A stretch of DNA of 64,000 nt from an uncultured Candidatus Saccharibacteria bacterium (GCA_964631145.1 CAZVXT010000001.1:255151-319150), one strand, 5' to 3'. Numbered from the stretch's first letter, positions 19,671 to 29,985 are shown. The notes: generated by a model from the sequence alone, not told the origin. Made by a program: numbers and translations.

Positions 19671-20025
19671 CATAAGTATTATTGTTGAAAATGATTTACA
19701 AGATTTTACAGCTAAATATTATCCTCATGGGTTTGATCAAACATGGAATTATTCACTATTTTCAGACATGGGAATGTATTTACAAGAATTAATTGATATT
19801 TATGATAATGAAAAAGCTCTGAAGGTAATATCATTTCTTAATGAAAGATATAAATTAAATGATATTACAAAAGATGATTATAACGCTATCGGAACAGAAA
19901 TCTTTGAACCTTTAAGCCAAGATGTAAAATACATAAAATACTTATTATCAAGCCTTAATGGTCTTGCAGTTCAAGACTTTAAAAAAGGGATCAACCAAGA
20001 TTTATTAGAAAATCTACCATCATAA
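19651..20025 (+). CDS. candidate cognate immunity protein
   Basis: 124-aa acidic ORF whose ATG overlaps the last 20 nt of the toxin gene (translational coupling); classic position for an RHS immunity gene; terminator follows. Confidence 0.5.
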   Translation: MDSSVSNISIIVENDLQDFTAKYYPHGFDQTWNYSLFSDMGMYLQELIDIYDNEKALKVISFLNERYKLNDITKDDYNAIGTEIFEPLSQDVKYIKYLLSSLNGLAVQDFKKGINQDLLENLPS

Positions 20026-20050
20026 CTATTAAGATTGACTTTTAAAAAAT

Positions 20051-20080
20051 AAAACCTATAAACTAGGTTTTATTTTTTTA
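20051..20080 (+). terminator. rho-independent terminator after the toxin-immunity pair
   Basis: aaaacctataaactaggtttt followed by a T-run. Confidence 0.65.
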
Positions 20081-20133
20081 CCCATCAGTATTGTCTAACC
20101 ATGATATAATAAAAATACAAATAAACCTTTAAA

Positions 20134-21693
20134 ATGGCATTTTTTACAAAAAAGAAAATAATCATTGGACTAATTTTGTTAGCAGCAATCGCTGGCGGTG
20201 CTTTTATTTTTACCAGAAGTAGTACTAACCCAGAAGATGTGGTGACAGAAAAATCAGAAATTAAAGACATAAAGCAAACGGTGTTAGCAACTGGTCAAGT
20301 TAGTAGTAGTACGGACTTGAAGCTTAGTTTTAAAGGCAGTGGGGTCGTAAGAAAAATCACAGTAAAAGTAGGTGATAAAGTTAAAGAAAATCAAATACTA
20401 GCAAATTTAGATCAACGCGATCAATTGGCTGCTTTAACTCAGGCGCGAGGTGTATTAGCTCAAGCGCAAGCTAATTATAAAAAAGTAGTAGACGGTGCTA
20501 GTTCCGAAGAAGTAGTTATTGCTCAAAAGAGCGTGGATGCTGCTACTGTGTCTTTAAACAACGCCAAGCGTAATTTATCAGATACTATAAGCCAGCAAGA
20601 ACAGTTGGTTAAAAATGCTCGCAAAGCCTTATATAACTCTACAATTTCTGCTACAGCTGGAGTAGGTACTAATTCTGTTTTAAATGTTTCTGGGGCTTAT
20701 AATGGTTCTGATGCCGGTACTTATTATGTTTCTATATATAACAGCGGGGGCGGCGTTCGTTACCAATATTCTGGTTTAGAGAGCGGATCTGATTATTTAG
20801 TTACTACAGGGCTTTTACAGCTCGGGACTAAGGGTTTGTATGTTAGCTTTCCAAGTTCTTACAATATTACAGATTCTTGGTCTTTAGAGATACCAAATAC
20901 AAAAGCGTCTACTTATGTTGCCAACTTAAATGCATATAATGCAGCTTTAGAATCACAGCGTAGTGCTATTTCTGCAGCAGAAAATGCTATTTCTACTGCT
21001 CAAGCATCGTTGGATACAGCAATTGCTCAATTAAATGCAAAAAAAGCATCAGCTCGACCTGCAGATGTTGCAGCTGCAACCGCCCAAATTACTTCAGCAC
21101 AGGGTCAGGTTTTGGCAGCAGAGGCGTCTTTAGAAAACACTGTAATCACAGCCCCAGCAGAAGGTACTATCACTACAATCGATATTAAAGTTGGGCAACA
21201 GTTTGCTCCAGGTCAATCCGCAATAGTATTACAAAATGTTGACAGCTTATTAGTGGAGGCAAATATCAGCGAGGCTAATATTGCAGAAGTAAAAGTTGGA
21301 CAATCTGTCAGCTTTACTTTTGATGCCCTCGGACCAGATAAAGAATTTACTGGGTCTGTTCAATTGATAGACCCGGCATCTACAGTTGTATCTGGCGTGG
21401 TAAATTATAAGGTTACTGCAAGTTTAGATAAACAAGAAGAAATCAAACCAGGTATGACTGCTAATATGATTGTGCTTACTAACCAAAAACAAAAAGTTTT
21501 GACTATCCCTCAAAGAGCTGTATTAAATAAAGATGGTAAAAAAATAGTCAGGGTGATAAATAATTCAAAAAAGAAAACTTTTGATGAAGTTGTTGTGCAA
21601 ACAGGTTTAGAGGCAGATGGTGGATTGATAGAAATTACTAACGGTTTGTCAGTTGGAACAGAAATAGTTACGTTTATTAAAACTAAAAAATAA
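20134..21693 (+). CDS. HlyD-family periplasmic adaptor / membrane fusion protein (YknX/MacA-like)
   Basis: N-terminal TM anchor, long coiled-coil region, C-terminal beta-barrel-like segment; directly precedes an ABC ATPase and two FtsX permeases. Confidence 0.65.
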   Translation: MAFFTKKKIIIGLILLAAIAGGAFIFTRSSTNPEDVVTEKSEIKDIKQTVLATGQVSSSTDLKLSFKGSGVVRKITVKVGDKVKENQILANLDQRDQLAALTQARGVLAQAQANYKKVVDGASSEEVVIAQKSVDAATVSLNNAKRNLSDTISQQEQLVKNARKALYNSTISATAGVGTNSVLNVSGAYNGSDAGTYYVSIYNSGGGVRYQYSGLESGSDYLVTTGLLQLGTKGLYVSFPSSYNITDSWSLEIPNTKASTYVANLNAYNAALESQRSAISAAENAISTAQASLDTAIAQLNAKKASARPADVAAATAQITSAQGQVLAAEASLENTVITAPAEGTITTIDIKVGQQFAPGQSAIVLQNVDSLLVEANISEANIAEVKVGQSVSFTFDALGPDKEFTGSVQLIDPASTVVSGVVNYKVTASLDKQEEIKPGMTANMIVLTNQKQKVLTIPQRAVLNKDGKKIVRVINNSKKKTFDEVVVQTGLEADGGLIEITNGLSVGTEIVTFIKTKK

Positions 21694-21694
21694 A

Positions 21695-22411
21695 ATGTCT
21701 TTAATTACAGTTAAAGATTTAAAAAAAGATTATGAAAATGACGGTGTACTCACTCCTGTACTTAAAGGAGTGAGTTTTACCATTAATTCAGGCGAATTTG
21801 TCGCGATTATGGGACCATCTGGTAGTGGTAAGTCTACATTAATGCATATCCTAGGGTTTTTGGATAGGGCAACATCTGGGGTTTATCAATTTGAGGATGA
21901 AAATATTTTAGGTTTTGACGATGATCATTTGGCGCAAATTCGCAATCAAAGAGTTGGGTTTATTTTTCAGGCTTTTAATTTGTTACCCCGTACCTCTGTT
22001 TTAGATAACGTAAAGCTTCCTCTTTTGTATAGTGTCAAAAAGGATCATGATAAATTAGCAAAAGATGCGCTTAAATCTGTTGGATTAGAAGATAGAATGA
22101 ATTACATGAGTAATCAAATTTCTGGAGGACAAAAGCAGCGCGTTGCTATAGCTCGTGCTTTGGTAAACGATCCTGCTGTAATTTTTGCAGACGAGCCAAC
22201 TGGAAATTTGGATTCTAGATCCGGAAATACTGTAATGAAAATTTTGCAAGATTTGAACAAGCAAGGACGTACAATTATTTTGGTAACTCATGAACAAGAA
22301 ACTGCTCAACACGCAACTCGCATTATGAAGTTGCGTGATGGTTTGTTAGTAGAAGATTATCCTGTCAAAAAACGTATTTTTGCTAAGGAATATGGCGATT
22401 TAGAAAAATAA
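21695..22411 (+). CDS. ABC transporter ATP-binding protein (MacB/LolD/YknY family)
   Basis: Walker [10 protein letters not shown], signature [15 protein letters not shown], Walker [12 protein letters not shown]. Confidence 0.8.
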   Translation: MSLITVKDLKKDYENDGVLTPVLKGVSFTINSGEFVAIMGPSGSGKSTLMHILGFLDRATSGVYQFEDENILGFDDDHLAQIRNQRVGFIFQAFNLLPRTSVLDNVKLPLLYSVKKDHDKLAKDALKSVGLEDRMNYMSNQISGGQKQRVAIARALVNDPAVIFADEPTGNLDSRSGNTVMKILQDLNKQGRTIILVTHEQETAQHATRIMKLRDGLLVEDYPVKKRIFAKEYGDLEK

Positions 22412-22412
22412 T

Positions 22413-23651
22413 ATGAAGTTATATACGGAGCTAAAAATGGTTATTTCTGGTTTACTTGCCCGTAAAGGCAGGTCTTTTTTAACTATTTTGGGTATTGTCA
22501 TTGGTGTTGCAGGGGTAATTATAATTATTTCTTTAGGTGCTGGTGCGCAAAGTTTGGTTTTATCTCAAATTAATAAATTGGGGACTAATTTGATTGGAGT
22601 ATTACCGGGAAAGTCCAACGAGAACGGTCCACCAGCTGCTGTTTTTGGTATTCAGATTACTACTCTTACAGAAGCCGATGCCGAAAGCATGCGAGATAAA
22701 TCTCGCTTTCCAAATTTGGTTGCAGTAACTTCTGGTGCGCGTGGTAGTGGCAGTGTTTCGTGGCGAGATGTTACTGTTGATACTCAGTTTACTGGTACAG
22801 ATGCATTTTACCCGGAAGTTCAAAATGTAGAACTAGAAATTGGGAGATTTTTTGATGAACGTGAATCACTGGGAAGTAATGTTATAGTTTTAGGTCATGA
22901 TGTCTATACTCAGTTATTTGAAAACCAAGAAGCTCTTGGTCAGATAGTAAAAATTAAAAATGTACCGTTTGAAGTTATCGGTGTAGTCAAAAAACAAGGT
23001 ACCGTTGCTTTTCAAAATCAAGACGATCAAGTTTATATTCCTTTGTCTATTGCTCAGCAGCAATTACTAGGTATTAAGCATTTGCAATTTATAAGAGCTA
23101 AGGCAGATTCTGCCCAAAACGTTCCTGTGCTAATTGAAGAAATGAGGCAATTATTAAGAGAAAGGCATAATATTCGTTCGGCAGATGATGAAGATTTTTC
23201 TGTTAGAGATTTAGCTGATGCCATACGTTTACTCACCACGATTACTGATGCACTCAGATTATTTTTGGTAGCAATGGCTGCTATTGCTTTGTTGGTAGGT
23301 GGTATCGGTATTATGAATGTTATGTTGGTCACTGTTGCCGAGAGAACTAGAGAAATAGGTTTGCGCAAAGCTATTGGTGCTACTAGCAATGCTATACGCA
23401 ATCAATTTTTACTAGAGGCGATTACCGTAACACTGCTTGGTGGTGTTGCTGGGGTAATAATGGGATCTATAATTTCATACTTAATTGCTTTGGGTGCTAG
23501 GTATGCTGGCTACGAATGGGATTTTGTTATCTCACTATTTTCTATAGGTATTGCTCTGGGGGTATCTGTGCTTACAGGTGTGATTTTTGGATTGTACCCA
23601 GCATTTAAAGCAAGTAAACTCGATCCTATCGAGGCATTGAGGTACGAATAA
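22413..23651 (+). CDS. ABC transporter permease, MacB/FtsX family
   Basis: N-terminal TM helix, large extracytoplasmic domain, C-terminal FtsX-type 3-TM bundle; start overlaps the upstream stop. Confidence 0.7.
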   Translation: MKLYTELKMVISGLLARKGRSFLTILGIVIGVAGVIIIISLGAGAQSLVLSQINKLGTNLIGVLPGKSNENGPPAAVFGIQITTLTEADAESMRDKSRFPNLVAVTSGARGSGSVSWRDVTVDTQFTGTDAFYPEVQNVELEIGRFFDERESLGSNVIVLGHDVYTQLFENQEALGQIVKIKNVPFEVIGVVKKQGTVAFQNQDDQVYIPLSIAQQQLLGIKHLQFIRAKADSAQNVPVLIEEMRQLLRERHNIRSADDEDFSVRDLADAIRLLTTITDALRLFLVAMAAIALLVGGIGIMNVMLVTVAERTREIGLRKAIGATSNAIRNQFLLEAITVTLLGGVAGVIMGSIISYLIALGARYAGYEWDFVISLFSIGIALGVSVLTGVIFGLYPAFKASKLDPIEALRYE

Positions 23652-24907
23652 TGTTAAATATAATAAAACAGGCAATAGCTGGGCTGCTCCGAAACCCAGC
23701 AAGAACTATATTAACAACATTGGGCATTGTTATTGGTATTGCTACAGTTATTGTTGTATTATCAGCAGGGCAAGGTTTTAATGCATTTATTAATCAGCAG
23801 ATACAAGCATACGGAACTAACAGTTTGACAGTTGAAACTCGAGTTCCTCCAACCACAAAACAACGCAATGGAGGATTTGACGCAACTAATGGTAGTGCTG
23901 CTAATCAGGCAATCGCAATAACCTCTTTAAAAAATCGAGATGTGGAAGATATAAAGAAATTGCCAAATGTTTCTGGGGTTTATGGCTCGGTAATTGGGCA
24001 AAAAGTTGTGTCTTATAAAAATACATCAAAAACCACCAACTTTTTTGGTGCCGATCCATCTAGATTTGAAATAGATTCTGGGATAATTGGAGTGGGTAGA
24101 GGATATACTGATACCGAAAATTTTGGCGCGAGCCAGGTAGCTGTATTGGGCTATAACGTAGCTAGAGATTTATTTGGTAATGATGATCCGCTTGGAAAAA
24201 CTATTCGTTTGGGAGAATATAATTTTGTAGTGATCGGGGTTTATGAAAAACGAGGAGGGGTTGGGGGGTTTGGTGAAGATGATATGGTTTTTGTACCAAT
24301 TCAGACAGCTCAAAAAAAGCTCTTAGGTATTGATTATTTATTCTTTGTAGTTGCTCAAGTTTATGATAATACTAAGGCAGAAGTAACGGCCGAAGATATA
24401 AGGTATGTTTTAAGAAGCAATCATAATATCACGGATTCTTTTAAAGATGATTTTGTAGTAAATACCCAAGCAGGAAATTTGGATACCTTTAATACTATTC
24501 TTGCAGGGCTAACTTTTTTGCTCATAGCAGTTGCTGGCATATCTTTGGTTGTAGGCGGGGTAGGGATCATGAATATTATGTACGTTGTTGTCACAGAACG
24601 CATTAGCGAGATAGGTTTAAAAAAAGCATTAGGGGCAAAAAATTCTGACATACTTAAAGAATTTCTTGCAGAATCTGTACTTTTAACTAGCGTTGGTGGG
24701 ATTATGGGAGTGGCTTTAGGGGCAGCTATTTCATTTATTATTTATATTGTTGCAAATAGTTTTGGATTTGCTTGGGCTTTTATTGTTCCTTTAAGTTCAA
24801 TTATTTTGGGCGTGGGCACAGCTTCTTTTATTGGTTTGGTTTTTGGAGTTTTTCCTGCTAGAAAAGCAAGTAAACTAGATCCAATAGTAGCTTTGGGGCA
24901 TGAATAA
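23651..24907 (+). CDS. ABC transporter permease, MacB/FtsX family (second copy)
   Basis: same architecture as the previous permease; 1-nt overlap with its stop. Confidence 0.7.
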   Translation: MLNIIKQAIAGLLRNPARTILTTLGIVIGIATVIVVLSAGQGFNAFINQQIQAYGTNSLTVETRVPPTTKQRNGGFDATNGSAANQAIAITSLKNRDVEDIKKLPNVSGVYGSVIGQKVVSYKNTSKTTNFFGADPSRFEIDSGIIGVGRGYTDTENFGASQVAVLGYNVARDLFGNDDPLGKTIRLGEYNFVVIGVYEKRGGVGGFGEDDMVFVPIQTAQKKLLGIDYLFFVVAQVYDNTKAEVTAEDIRYVLRSNHNITDSFKDDFVVNTQAGNLDTFNTILAGLTFLLIAVAGISLVVGGVGIMNIMYVVVTERISEIGLKKALGAKNSDILKEFLAESVLLTSVGGIMGVALGAAISFIIYIVANSFGFAWAFIVPLSSIILGVGTASFIGLVFGVFPARKASKLDPIVALGHE

Positions 24908-24913
24908 AATATT

Positions 24914-24941
24914 TTGAATATAGCCGTTAATGTATTATAAT
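24914..24941 (+). promoter_or_regulatory. sigma70-like promoter upstream of pilB
   Basis: TTGAAT -35, 16-nt spacer, TATAAT -10. Confidence 0.45.
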
Positions 24942-24981
24942 AAACTTACGTATTACAGATTGAAACAAAGATAAAAATTTC

Positions 24982-26724
24982 ATGATTACTGCGGATTTAA
25001 ACGCATTACTAAAGAAAAAACGCATTGTTTCTGATGCTAACTTAAAGGCATTTGAAGAAGAGTGGCACAAGGCAAAAACCCAGGTTTCTTGGGAAGATTT
25101 TTTAGTGGAGAAAAAAGCTTTAACAGAAGAACAGCTTTTAACAGTTAAGAGTGAGGAGTTTAGTGTAGAAACTGTAGATTTGAGAAATATTCAAATTCCT
25201 GAAGATGTTCTTAGTATGGTGCCAGAGCCAATTGCTCGTCGTCATAAAGTAATCAGTTTTGCTAAAGCCAAAAATGAATTGAGTTTGGCAATGGTTGATC
25301 CGACCGACCTTCAAACCAGGGAGTTTATGAAGAAGAAAGCTGGTATGGAGATTAAAGTTTTTTTAATTGGAAAAACTTCCTTAGACTTTGGGCTTTCTAA
25401 GTATCACAACAACTTAGAAGGTGAAATTAAGCACATGGTTCAGGAAGGGAAAAAGGATGATTTATCCGCAGATATTGATCCTGATGATGAGCTAAAGAAA
25501 ATGGCGGAAGAAATTCCTATTGTTCGAGTTGTAGATACTTTACTTGAGTATGCTGTTATTGAGCATGCTTCTGATATTCATATTGAGCCTCAAGAAACCT
25601 CTGTTTCAGTTAGGTATCGTATTGATGGTGTTTTGCATGATGCTATGACTTTGCCTAAAGCAATTCAAGCTGCATTAGTTGCCCGCATAAAAGTATTGTC
25701 TAACCTTAAAATAGATGAACATAGACTTCCTCAAGATGGACGTTATAAAATCGCTAAAGATGGTTATAAGTTTAGCTTGCGTATTTCTACTATTCCAATT
25801 TTTGACGGAGAAAAAGTTGTTATCCGTTTATTAGATGAATCTAGTAAGGCACTCAGTTTAGAACAGTTAGGATTTTTGTCAGAGCAGCTTGAAGTGGTAA
25901 ACAGAAATATTCATAAACCTCACGGTATGATGCTTGTAACCGGACCAACTGGTAGTGGTAAATCAACTAGCTTGTATGCTATTTTAACAATTTTAAATAC
26001 TAAACAGGTTAATATTTCTACCATCGAAGATCCAGTAGAATACCGTATGCCTGGAGCAAACCAAATGCAGGTTAATCCAAAGATTGGTTTAACTTTTGCA
26101 TTAGGACTTAGAGCTCTGCTCCGTCAAGATCCTAATATCATTATGATCGGTGAAATCCGTGACCAAGAAACTGCAGAAGAAGCTATGCACGCTGCGATGA
26201 CTGGTCATATTGTATTATCAACATTGCACACTAACTCGGCAGCGGCTAGCCCGCCCCGTTTGATTGATATTGGTATCGAGCCGTATTTAATTGCATCAAC
26301 CGTTAATGCAATTATGGCGCAGCGTTTGGTTAGGCTTATCTGTAAAGATTGTAAGACAGAAAATCCGGTAAGTAAGGACGACGTTGCAACCCTAAAAAAG
26401 CAGTTTGATTTGGATAAATTAATGACTGTAATGCAGCGTTTAGGTGTTGCTGGTAAAGCTAAAACCTTTGAACAACTTCCATTTTTCATAGGTAAAGGTT
26501 GTGATAAATGTGGTAATTCTGGTTACAAAGGACGTATTGGTATTCACGAAATTTTAGAAAATACTCCAGAAGTTCAGGATCTTATTGTAAAGCGAGCAAC
26601 TAGTCAGGATATAGAAACTCAAGCTGAAAAACAAGACATGATAACTATGTGGGAAGATGGTTTTATTAAAGCAGTTCAAGGTTCTACTACAATAGAAGAA
26701 ATATTACGTGTGACTAAAGAATGA
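24982..26724 (+). CDS. pilB: type IV pilus assembly ATPase PilB (GspE family)
   Basis: GspE N-terminal domain, Walker A GPTGSGKST, Asp box, His box, tetracysteine CKDC...CDKCG; 580 aa; TGA stop. Confidence 0.85.
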   Translation: MITADLNALLKKKRIVSDANLKAFEEEWHKAKTQVSWEDFLVEKKALTEEQLLTVKSEEFSVETVDLRNIQIPEDVLSMVPEPIARRHKVISFAKAKNELSLAMVDPTDLQTREFMKKKAGMEIKVFLIGKTSLDFGLSKYHNNLEGEIKHMVQEGKKDDLSADIDPDDELKKMAEEIPIVRVVDTLLEYAVIEHASDIHIEPQETSVSVRYRIDGVLHDAMTLPKAIQAALVARIKVLSNLKIDEHRLPQDGRYKIAKDGYKFSLRISTIPIFDGEKVVIRLLDESSKALSLEQLGFLSEQLEVVNRNIHKPHGMMLVTGPTGSGKSTSLYAILTILNTKQVNISTIEDPVEYRMPGANQMQVNPKIGLTFALGLRALLRQDPNIIMIGEIRDQETAEEAMHAAMTGHIVLSTLHTNSAAASPPRLIDIGIEPYLIASTVNAIMAQRLVRLICKDCKTENPVSKDDVATLKKQFDLDKLMTVMQRLGVAGKAKTFEQLPFFIGKGCDKCGNSGYKGRIGIHEILENTPEVQDLIVKRATSQDIETQAEKQDMITMWEDGFIKAVQGSTTIEEILRVTKE

Positions 26725-27035
26725 TGGATAAAAAAGATAATTTATATTTATGGGTTGTTGTTTTAACCGCACTACTTTTAGTGGTATCTCTGGTTAGTTA
26801 TTTATTTAGTCTTACACCTCAGCAGGGTGCATATATCCCAGGCGGTCAATTACCTGGAGGGACTTGCGCATATACCGGTTGTTATCCTCGAGTCATCTAT
26901 GAGCATCCCATGCAAGTTATGCTTAGTTCTATGGGTGTATATTTGCCTTCCTTAGTTTTAGGGATTATGGGTTGCGCAGTAGTTTTTTTTGTACAACGGT
27001 TTATCAAAGAAATGGATATTGGTTTCTATTATTAG
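26721..27035 (+). CDS. small 2-TM membrane protein in the pilus operon
   Basis: 104 aa, two hydrophobic helices, start overlaps the pilB stop (ATGATGG). Confidence 0.4.
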   Translation: MMDKKDNLYLWVVVLTALLLVVSLVSYLFSLTPQQGAYIPGGQLPGGTCAYTGCYPRVIYEHPMQVMLSSMGVYLPSLVLGIMGCAVVFFVQRFIKEMDIGFYY

Positions 27036-27107
27036 TATGGAGTTGTGGACCGGCTTATTGGTTATAAAAATATTTATGACCTGGATTACTCCAAATTAAG
27101 AATTATT

Positions 27108-28322
27108 ATGGCAACATTTTCTTACACTGCAGTTTCTAAAGATGGTAAAACTGAAAATGGAACTTTAGAAGCTGCTAATTTAATGGCCGCAGGTCATTTA
27201 CTAAAAGAACAAGGTTTAATTCCGACTGATTTAAAAGAAAAATCAGAAAGTTTTAATTTGTTCGCGTTTTTGGGAAATATTGCTTCAATTCCGCTTAAAG
27301 AAAAGATTGCTTTTATCCAAAATTTACAACTACTTTTAAAGTCTGGGGTTTCGGCACCTCGTGCGATGCGTATTATTTCTAAGCAAACTTCCAATAAAAA
27401 ATTTCGTAGCATGTTATCTGATATGGCAGGAAGTGTGGAAGCGGGAAAGAGTTTGCACGAGGCAATGGGTTTGTATCCAAAAGTTTTTTCTCATATATTT
27501 TTAAGTATGGTAGAAGTTGGAGAATTGTCCGGTAATTTAGAGGATAGCTTAGAGCATTTACGTATTCAATTACAGCGTGAGGCAGACTTAAGATCCAAAA
27601 CTAAAGGTGCAATGATGTATCCAGGAGTAATTTTATCCGCTATGGTTATTATTGGTGTGGTGTTGGCGATTTTCGTTTTACCGAAATTAACTTCAACATT
27701 TAAGGAGTTTGGAGGAGAGCTACCATTTCTTACTCGTGTGGTTATTATGATTACTGATTTTATGTCCGGACATGCTGTACTGGTTATCGGTGGATTAATC
27801 GGACTAGTTATTTCTGTAATATTATTTTTACGAACCCCATCAGGAAAAGAAGCCTTGTCTCTTGTATTGCTTAATTTCCCTATGATTTCTCCTATTGTAA
27901 AAAAGATTAACATTGCTCGTTTTACTCGTATCCTTGGATCATTAATGAAGTCTGGTGTATCTGTGGTGCAAGGACTTCAGGTTACTAGCGAAGCAATGGA
28001 CAATGTTTTTTATAGAAGAGTTTTGTTAGAAACTGCAGAGCAAGTGAAATTAGGTAAACCTTTGACAGAATCACTAGCAAAAAGCGATAAACTTTTTCCA
28101 TTCATAGTTACACAGATGTTGGCGATAGGGGAAGAAACTGGAAGTATTGAAAGTATTTTGGATCAGATTGCGGAACATAACGAAATGGAAATTGATGATA
28201 CTATGAAAAACGTTTCATCTATCATAGAACCTTTATTGTTATTGGTTATTGGTGTAGTTGTTGGTTTTTTGGCGCTCGCGTTAATCATGCCGATTTATAA
28301 TATTAGCCAAAGCATATCTTAA
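27108..28322 (+). CDS. pilC: type IV pilus platform protein PilC (GspF family)
   Basis: two GspF repeats and 3 TM segments. The track ORF uses a GTG at 27045 that has GGAG 2 nt upstream. The ATG at 27108 gives the canonical PilC N-terminus MATFSYTA..., so I use 27108. Confidence 0.8.
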   Translation: MATFSYTAVSKDGKTENGTLEAANLMAAGHLLKEQGLIPTDLKEKSESFNLFAFLGNIASIPLKEKIAFIQNLQLLLKSGVSAPRAMRIISKQTSNKKFRSMLSDMAGSVEAGKSLHEAMGLYPKVFSHIFLSMVEVGELSGNLEDSLEHLRIQLQREADLRSKTKGAMMYPGVILSAMVIIGVVLAIFVLPKLTSTFKEFGGELPFLTRVVIMITDFMSGHAVLVIGGLIGLVISVILFLRTPSGKEALSLVLLNFPMISPIVKKINIARFTRILGSLMKSGVSVVQGLQVTSEAMDNVFYRRVLLETAEQVKLGKPLTESLAKSDKLFPFIVTQMLAIGEETGSIESILDQIAEHNEMEIDDTMKNVSSIIEPLLLLVIGVVVGFLALALIMPIYNISQSIS

Positions 28323-28365
28323 TAAATAAATTAGTTATTCATATTTGAGGTATAATTAAATTAGT

Positions 28366-29424
28366 ATGAACTTTAATATTTTTGAAAAGAAACATCATTA
28401 TATAGGGATTCATCTAAATAGCCATGCTTTAAAAGCATTGCAATTTAATATTACTTCCAAAAAGACAGAGGTTGCTGCATATACAAACTTATCGATGCCA
28501 AAAGGATTGGTTGTTAATGATGATTTTACTGATCATGAAGCTATCTCTGATCTGATTGTGAGGGCTTTGGATAAGCCTCAGTATGGCAAATTTAATACTA
28601 ATTCTGTTATATTATCTATTCCAGAAAGTAAGTCTTTTATCCGCGTTATAAAAATGCAAAATATGAAAGATTCCGAAATAGAAAATGCTATTTTATTTGA
28701 AGCAGAAAGTTATATACCATTGCCTATGGATCAGGTTTATTATGATTGGCAAGTATTAAATAGAAAAGCAGATGGTATAGAAGTTTTGCTGATTGCTTCA
28801 CCAAAAAGTTTTGTTGATAATTTTATTAGCGTAGTTGAAAAAGCTAACTTAGTTATTTCTGGAATAGAAACCGAGGCTCAAAGCGTGGTGAGGGCTTTAG
28901 TGCCACAAACAGTAACGGAGCCTATTTTAATAGCAGACATTGATGCTTTTAAAACCGCTTTAATTATTGTGCAAAATAGCGCTTTGCAATTTACTTCTTC
29001 TGTCCCAATTGCAGGAAATGTTTTTACTGAAAGATTTGCTAAAGCAATTGCCAAAACACCGTTGGAAGCAGAAAAATTAAAGCGCATGATCGGTTTATCT
29101 AATACAGTAGAGTACCCAAACATTAAAACTCAATTAGTACCTGTTGTAAGTGATTTTGCTGCAGAATTAAAAAATATTTTGAAATTTCATTATGATCATC
29201 ACGAAACTCATATTAACAGAGTTTTGCTTACTGGTGGAGGAGCAAAATTACAGAATATAGGCGAGATATTAGAACCTATGCTGTCTGATTATGCTCCAAT
29301 TAAAGTTACAGTAGCTAATCCTTTAGAGCATTTACCTCAATTTAAAGATGGTGGTCTTGATGCTTATGAGGCGTTAAGTTTTACCACCTCTATTGGACTT
29401 GCAATGTGGGAGATTAACCAATGA
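28366..29424 (+). CDS. pilM: type IV pilus assembly protein PilM (actin-like ATPase fold)
   Basis: 352 aa; size, position and FtsA/PilM-like fold signatures (LLTGGGAKL near the C-terminus). Confidence 0.7.
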   Translation: MNFNIFEKKHHYIGIHLNSHALKALQFNITSKKTEVAAYTNLSMPKGLVVNDDFTDHEAISDLIVRALDKPQYGKFNTNSVILSIPESKSFIRVIKMQNMKDSEIENAILFEAESYIPLPMDQVYYDWQVLNRKADGIEVLLIASPKSFVDNFISVVEKANLVISGIETEAQSVVRALVPQTVTEPILIADIDAFKTALIIVQNSALQFTSSVPIAGNVFTERFAKAIAKTPLEAEKLKRMIGLSNTVEYPNIKTQLVPVVSDFAAELKNILKFHYDHHETHINRVLLTGGGAKLQNIGEILEPMLSDYAPIKVTVANPLEHLPQFKDGGLDAYEALSFTTSIGLAMWEINQ

Positions 29425-29984
29425 AGCGAATAAATTTACTACCAAAACAAAAACAAACTGAGTTGTATTTTGACAACCTTTTTCATAGTATTTTAGTCGC
29501 AATCTGTATTGCTGTAGCAGTTTTGCTTTTTGGTATTTTGATACAAATCGGCACCTGGCTTTATTTAGATCAGTCCTTAGGTCTTTTAAGTACAGAAATT
29601 GAAGGAGTGAAGTCTAGTAGTAATAAAACAGAAAATGCTGAATTAAAAAACCAGATTAAAAGTTTGAATGTTCAAATGAAAGATTTTGATGATTTGGCAG
29701 CTGGTACCCCTGTCTGGTCAACAGTGTTGCAATCATTTGCAAAACAAGTTCCTAATGGAGTTAAAATTAGCATGTTTGATGCAGACGCTACTAATGGAAA
29801 GATACAAATTTCTGGCTATGCTCCAAAACGTGATCAAGTAATAGAGCTTTATAATAACATAAATAACGACAGAGATTTTTTTAAGGATATAGATTATCCG
29901 TTAGAAAATGTTTCGCAGCCTACAGACATAATTTTCAAGTTTACTTTTTATGTCCAAGATGGAGTCTTAATAAAAAAGAAATAG
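29421..29984 (+). CDS. pilN: PilN-like bitopic membrane protein
   Basis: 187 aa, single N-terminal TM helix, start overlaps the pilM stop. Confidence 0.55.
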   Translation: MKRINLLPKQKQTELYFDNLFHSILVAICIAVAVLLFGILIQIGTWLYLDQSLGLLSTEIEGVKSSSNKTENAELKNQIKSLNVQMKDFDDLAAGTPVWSTVLQSFAKQVPNGVKISMFDADATNGKIQISGYAPKRDQVIELYNNINNDRDFFKDIDYPLENVSQPTDIIFKFTFYVQDGVLIKKK

Positions 29985-29985
29985 T

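Noticed and set aside
24982-26724. Possibility of an alternative genetic code (UGA reassignment) suggested by the CPR-like gene content
   Set aside because: pilB terminates at a TGA giving a canonical 580-aa PilB and genes are full-length under the standard code, so table 11 applies.
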